From NCBI GenBank assembly GCA_045809795.1, contig JBJMXD010000005.1, positions 225,177-289,176 on the forward strand: a stretch of DNA of 64,000 nt, read 5' to 3'. Below, piece by piece: positions 59,965 through 64,000 of the stretch. A program made the position numbers and the translations under genes. The notes under the pieces are model-generated. The model had not been told where the DNA came from. It was given only the letters and a program-made list of their open reading frames with translations, and made no database searches. Position 1 is the stretch's first letter. Each line of letters starts with the position of its first letter. This DNA comes from Chthoniobacterales bacterium. Lineage in GTDB: Bacteria > Verrucomicrobiota > Verrucomicrobiia > Chthoniobacterales > UBA10450.

Positions 59965-62064
59965 ATGCGACGTGTTCTGTTGTTCCTCTTGTCTTTGAGC
60001 TGCGTCGCCCACGCCGAACGCATCAATCACGAAGGGCGCATCCTCGGGTCGGCGCCGATTGTAACTGCGCCGATCTTGTTCAATACGCCAGCAGCGGACG
60101 CGATCGTTTCCGCGATGCAGATCATGCCGCGCGATAATCCCTGGAACGAAGACATTTCTCGCCGGCCGATATTGGCAAACTCCGACGCCATGATCGCGCA
60201 GATCAAGGCCGACCTGGGTACTCGCCAAACGTTACAGCCGTTCTACGAGATGAATTACGTGCTCGTTCCGGATAATCAGCCGCGGGTTCAGATTCCGTTT
60301 CTGGATTATCCGGATGAATCCGATCTGGACGGCGGAACTTACCCGAACGGGCTGTATCCGGTTCCCGCAAATCAGCCGATCGAGAGTTGGCCGAAAGACA
60401 CCGGGAGCCTGACCTTGCAGCAATGGCAGCAGGACGTGAACAACAACGGTGGCGATCGCCACGGAATCATGGTCACGCCAGGCGTCGGTTCGGTTTGGGA
60501 GACGTGGCAGATGAAATTGACACCGAGCGGCTGGCAGGCGTCGAACGGCGCGAAGTTTAATCTCAACTCGAATGCCCTGCGCCCGGCCGGCTGGACCTCG
60601 GGGGACGCCGCGGGGCTATCGATGTTCGCCGCGACCGTGCGTTACGATGAATGCGAACGCGGCATGGTCGAGCACGCCTTGCGTCTCGTCGTGAAAAGAT
60701 CGCGCAAAGAATACCTCTATCCCGCGACTCACTTTGCGTCCTCCATTCCCGCGAGCTCGACAAATTATCCCGCGATGGGGCAACGGCTGCGTTTGAAAGC
60801 GAATTTCGCGATCCCCGCGAACTGGACAATCGAAGAGAAAGCGGTGCTCCTCGCGCTCAAGAAGTACGGCGCGATCGTCGCTGACAACGGTAATTTCTTT
60901 TCGGTCTCCGTCTGCCCCGACGATCGGTTCAGTTCGAATTCGTTCAGTCACCTTACGACCATCGACATAAACAATTTCGAAGTCGTCCAAACGACCGGTC
61001 CCAACGAAGGTCCGCGTTCGGCCGGCGCTCCAACGGTCGACGCCGGTCCGGACCAATTCCTGGAGTTCCCGACGAGCATTTCACTGAACGGTTCAGTAAA
61101 CGATCCATCGGGGCGTGCGAACGTCGTCTGGAAGCTTTATTCGGGACCGAGCGGTGCATCCTTCGCTAACACCAATCAGGCGGCCACGACGGTCACGATC
61201 AACGCGCCCGGAACCTACACTTTCATGCTCAGCGCGGATGACAGCGTCCACACTGTCGCGTACGACGCCGTCGTGGTCCGCGTCACGGGCCGCGACGCAT
61301 TGGCGAATCTTGCGACGCGAGTCCAGGTGGGCGCGGCGAATAACGTTGCGATCGCCGGTTTCATCGTGACGGGAAACTCTGCAAAACAAATCGTGATCCG
61401 CGGTTTGGGTCCGTCGCTCGCGGGCGCCGGCGTGCAAGGCGCGTTGAACGATCCGCTGCTGGAGCTCTACGATGCGAGCGGCAATTTCTTATCGAGCAAC
61501 AATGATTGGCAGGACACCCACGCTCAAGCGTTGCGCGACGCAAACCTTGCCCCCACGAATGATCTCGAATCCGCGATCCTGACTACGCTCGCGCCCGGCG
61601 CCTACACGGTCATCCTGCGCGGGAACGCCGGCGCGACTGGGATTGGCCTCGTGGAACTTTACGATTTGCAGATCAGCGCTTCGTCGAAGCTTGGTAATCT
61701 TAGCACGCGCGGGCTCGTCGGCGCGGACCAGAGTGTGATGATTGGCGGGACTATCGTGACCGGCCAGGACAATGCGCGAGTCGCGTTCCGCGCGCTTGGT
61801 CCATCCCTGTCCGCGGCGGGAATTGCGAATGCGCTGGCCGATCCCGAACTTAATCTGTTTGACGTCAACGGGACCCGACTCGCGTCGAACAACAACTGGA
61901 AGGACTCGCAGCAATCCGCTATCGCAAGCGTTGGCCTCGCGCCCGCCAACGATTTGGAATCCGCAATCGTCATCGATCTCGCGCCCGGAAATTATACCGC
62001 CGTTGTCAGTGGCGTGAACGGCACGAACGGCGTCGCGTTGGTGGAAGCCTACCATTTGCAATAG
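59965..62064 (+). CDS. Secreted multidomain protein (unknown N-terminal domain, PKD/Ig-like domain, two tandem ~125-aa C-terminal repeats)
   Basis: ATG at 59965 (MRRVLLFLLSLSCVAHA). The repeat units begin LANLATRVQVG... and LGNLSTRGLVG..., and both end ...LVE[LA]Y[DH]LQ. Confidence 0.75.
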   Translation: MRRVLLFLLSLSCVAHAERINHEGRILGSAPIVTAPILFNTPAADAIVSAMQIMPRDNPWNEDISRRPILANSDAMIAQIKADLGTRQTLQPFYEMNYVLVPDNQPRVQIPFLDYPDESDLDGGTYPNGLYPVPANQPIESWPKDTGSLTLQQWQQDVNNNGGDRHGIMVTPGVGSVWETWQMKLTPSGWQASNGAKFNLNSNALRPAGWTSGDAAGLSMFAATVRYDECERGMVEHALRLVVKRSRKEYLYPATHFASSIPASSTNYPAMGQRLRLKANFAIPANWTIEEKAVLLALKKYGAIVADNGNFFSVSVCPDDRFSSNSFSHLTTIDINNFEVVQTTGPNEGPRSAGAPTVDAGPDQFLEFPTSISLNGSVNDPSGRANVVWKLYSGPSGASFANTNQAATTVTINAPGTYTFMLSADDSVHTVAYDAVVVRVTGRDALANLATRVQVGAANNVAIAGFIVTGNSAKQIVIRGLGPSLAGAGVQGALNDPLLELYDASGNFLSSNNDWQDTHAQALRDANLAPTNDLESAILTTLAPGAYTVILRGNAGATGIGLVELYDLQISASSKLGNLSTRGLVGADQSVMIGGTIVTGQDNARVAFRALGPSLSAAGIANALADPELNLFDVNGTRLASNNNWKDSQQSAIASVGLAPANDLESAIVIDLAPGNYTAVVSGVNGTNGVALVEAYHLQ

Positions 62065-62096
62065 CGCACGCCCCGCGGACGCGCGAAGTTAGCGCG

Positions 62097-63044
62097 ATGC
62101 ACACCGTCCACGGACTTCATCACGTCACTGCCATCGCCGGTCCGGCTCAGGAAAATCTCGATTTTTACGCTGGCGTGCTCGGCATGCGGCTGGTGAAGCG
62201 CAGCGTGAACCAGGACGATCCCGGGACCTATCATTTGTTTTACGCGGACGCCGAAGGTCATCCTGGAACCGACCTCACGTTTTTCCCTTGGGCGCAAATG
62301 GCGCCGAGCCGCGAAGGTTACGGCTTGAGCAGCGAAGTCGCGCTCGCCGTGCCGCCGGACAGTCTCGATTTCTGGGGCGATCGCCTGCGAAAACATCGCG
62401 CCGCGGTCGGTGAAGTGGAGTCGCGGTTTGGCAGAACGGTTTTGCCCTTGCGCGATCCCCACGGGTTGCGCGTCGCGCTCGTTGAAAACGAGGAGTCGTT
62501 AGGCCGTCCTTTCACCGCGTGGAAGGGCAGTCCGATTCCCGAGCAATATCAAATCCGCGGACTCGAAAGTGCGCGGATGGTTGAGCGCGATCTGATTCGG
62601 ACAACGTCATTCCTGACCAACGCGATGGGTTTCACGCATCTCGGCACCGAGAACGGCTGGCACCGTTACGGTGTCGCTGGCGGAAAGTCGGGCGCGTACG
62701 TCGACCTTTACGAAAGTCCTACGTCCGGACGGGGCGCGTGGGGGACAGGAAGCATCCACCATCTCGCCTGGCGCGTAGACGATGAGAAACATCAGGACGA
62801 AGTCCGGACCCGGGTGCGCGAAGGTGGTTCGCGGCCGACGCCGGTGATCGATCGGTTTTGGTTTAAGTCAGTTTATTTCCCGGAACCCGGCGGAGTGTTG
62901 TTCGAGCTCGCGACAGAAGGCCCGGGTTTCGCGGTCGATGAAGATCCCGCGCATCTTGGCGAATCGCTGGTCTTGCCTCCATGGCTCGAGCCGGAACGAG
63001 CTAGCATCGAGGCCGTGCTTCCGCGGCTCGCTATGAACAAATGA
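62097..63044 (+). CDS. Ring-cleaving dioxygenase / VOC (glyoxalase-fold) family protein
   Basis: 315 aa; GLHHVTAIAGPAQENLDFYAGVLGMRLVKRSVNQDDPGTYHLFYAD, and a second VOC module with IHHLAWRV. Confidence 0.85.
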   Translation: MHTVHGLHHVTAIAGPAQENLDFYAGVLGMRLVKRSVNQDDPGTYHLFYADAEGHPGTDLTFFPWAQMAPSREGYGLSSEVALAVPPDSLDFWGDRLRKHRAAVGEVESRFGRTVLPLRDPHGLRVALVENEESLGRPFTAWKGSPIPEQYQIRGLESARMVERDLIRTTSFLTNAMGFTHLGTENGWHRYGVAGGKSGAYVDLYESPTSGRGAWGTGSIHHLAWRVDDEKHQDEVRTRVREGGSRPTPVIDRFWFKSVYFPEPGGVLFELATEGPGFAVDEDPAHLGESLVLPPWLEPERASIEAVLPRLAMNK

Positions 63045-63110
63045 TTTGGAGGGACGGGCGCCGTCCCGTCCTGCTTGTTTCCCGGACGACACCGCGGTCG
63101 TCCCTCCAAA
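63045..63110. repeat. Compound inverted repeat (TTTGGAGGGACGGGCGCCGTCCC ... GGACGACACCGCGGTCGTCCCTCCAAA)
   Basis: Outer arms TTTGGAGGGA/TCCCTCCAAA enclose two GC hairpins. Lies downstream of the dioxygenase gene. Confidence 0.65.
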
Positions 63111-63191
63111 ATTCACGCAAGATCGTTAGGTCAGCCGCGTCAGGTAGTTGCGTGCTTGTCACGCGACAACCGCTTCGTTAAAAACTTCGCC

Positions 63192-64000
63192 ATGTCGCCG
63201 CGCCCTACGATCTTTATCTCCGCTGTTAGCAAGGAATTGCGCAGTGCTCGCCAGCTCGTTTCCAACACCCTGACCTTCCTCGGGTACGAACCGATCTGGC
63301 AGGACATTTTCGGGACGGAGACCGGCGATCTCCGCCAGATGTTGCGGGACAAAATCGACCAGAGCAAAGGCGTGGTGCAGCTCGTGGGTCAGTGTTATGG
63401 CGCCGAACCATCCTCGCCGGATCCCGATTTCGGCCGAGTCAGCTACACCCAATATGAAGCGCTCTACGCCCGGAAAAAGGGAACCAAGGTCTGGTACCTT
63501 TTCATGGACGAAGATTTTCCGATCGATCCGCACGAACCGGAGCCGGAAGAGTTGCGTCAGCTCCAGGCGGCGTATCGAGGTGTGCTCAAGGCGGACTCGC
63601 ATCTTTTCCATCCGCTCAAAACCCGCGAAGCGCTGGAGGCAGGCGTGCTCAAACTCCGCGACGATCTCACTCAATTGCGGAAAGGCGCTCGCCGCTGGGC
63701 TTGGGGAATCGCGGCTCTCCTGGCGTTTGTCGCCGTGCTCGTGATCTGGCTCGTGTTTGGCCAGAGCAAAGTATCCACGAAGCTCGACAAGAGCCAGGCG
63801 ACGCTGGACAAAATCGCGGACCGCTTTGAAGCGCTCGCTTCGAACGGTGGCGTCATTCAAAATCCCAAGACGCCAGAAGAGCATTATCACAACGCGAGAA
63901 TCCAGGAGCTCGGCGGAAACTTTACCGCCGCTCGCAAGGAATACTCCGAATACCTGGTCTCTAACCTGGAAGCGATCGATCCGTGGATGAGTTACGAGAC
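63192..64000 (+). CDS. DUF4062-like (TIR-like fold) N-terminal domain protein with a TM segment; 5' partial, continues beyond the window
   Basis: ATG at 63192, with the frame open to the window end. MSPRPTIFISAVSKELRSARQLVSNTLTFLGYEPIWQDIF...VVQLVGQCYGAEP, then TM segment WAWGIAALLAFVAVLVIWLVF. Missing from the ORF track because no stop lies in the window. Confidence 0.7.
   Translation, partial: MSPRPTIFISAVSKELRSARQLVSNTLTFLGYEPIWQDIFGTETGDLRQMLRDKIDQSKGVVQLVGQCYGAEPSSPDPDFGRVSYTQYEALYARKKGTKVWYLFMDEDFPIDPHEPEPEELRQLQAAYRGVLKADSHLFHPLKTREALEAGVLKLRDDLTQLRKGARRWAWGIAALLAFVAVLVIWLVFGQSKVSTKLDKSQATLDKIADRFEALASNGGVIQNPKTPEEHYHNARIQELGGNFTAARKEYSEYLVSNLEAIDPWMSYE

Noticed and set aside
2516-62064. 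Search for PEP-CTERM sorting signals at the C-termini of the secreted proteins in the window, as potential exosortase substrates.
   Set aside because: None of the C-termini (for example ...GAPPAFGAPGAP, ...GGVTVRP, ...LVEAYHLQ) shows a PEP motif followed by a TM helix and a basic tail.

Overview
This is a 64-kb chromosomal window from a moderately GC-rich bacterium. Gene content (exosortase/EpsI fusion, Pro/Thr-rich secreted proteins, a giant FecR/beta-helix protein, TreS-Pep2) suggests a soil Verrucomicrobiota-like organism, but that is inference only. About 55 housekeeping and envelope genes flank the main signal, an 8.9-kb integron-type gene-cassette array at 34163-43100. The array has 15 short co-oriented ORFs separated by imperfect-palindromic repeats, 12 of them intact (eleven of 123 bp, one of 124 bp), that begin RYYYAAC and end GTTRRRY (attC sites). 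The 5' end of each cassette is the exact reverse complement of the R'' box of that cassette's own attC in 13 of 13 testable cases, which is the footprint of integrase-mediated insertion of circular cassettes. No integrase or attI is visible in the window, so this is a CALIN or detached chromosomal integron, and the outermost attC sites are decayed or truncated. Most cassette proteins are exported or membrane orphans, and one is a beta-lactamase-fold serine hydrolase. Other notable content:
- Four copies of a GATC-hexamer palindromic intergenic element.
- A GTAG-flanked REP/REPIN-like hairpin family whose TAG/CTA supplies stop codons to flanking genes.
- A candidate SRP (4.5S) RNA next to a solitary rpmI.
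- A tRNA-Lys(CUU).
- A tightly coupled six-gene phospholipid operon ending in an alpha/beta-hydrolase-methyltransferase fusion and a PAP2-like/dual-specificity-phosphatase fusion.
- An exosortase-EpsI fusion with a divergent TPR protein.
- A GT2 / GT-C-like / methyltransferase operon.
- An open-ended DUF4062-like gene at the right edge that the ORF track misses.

All family assignments come from reading motifs in the translations. No database search was run.
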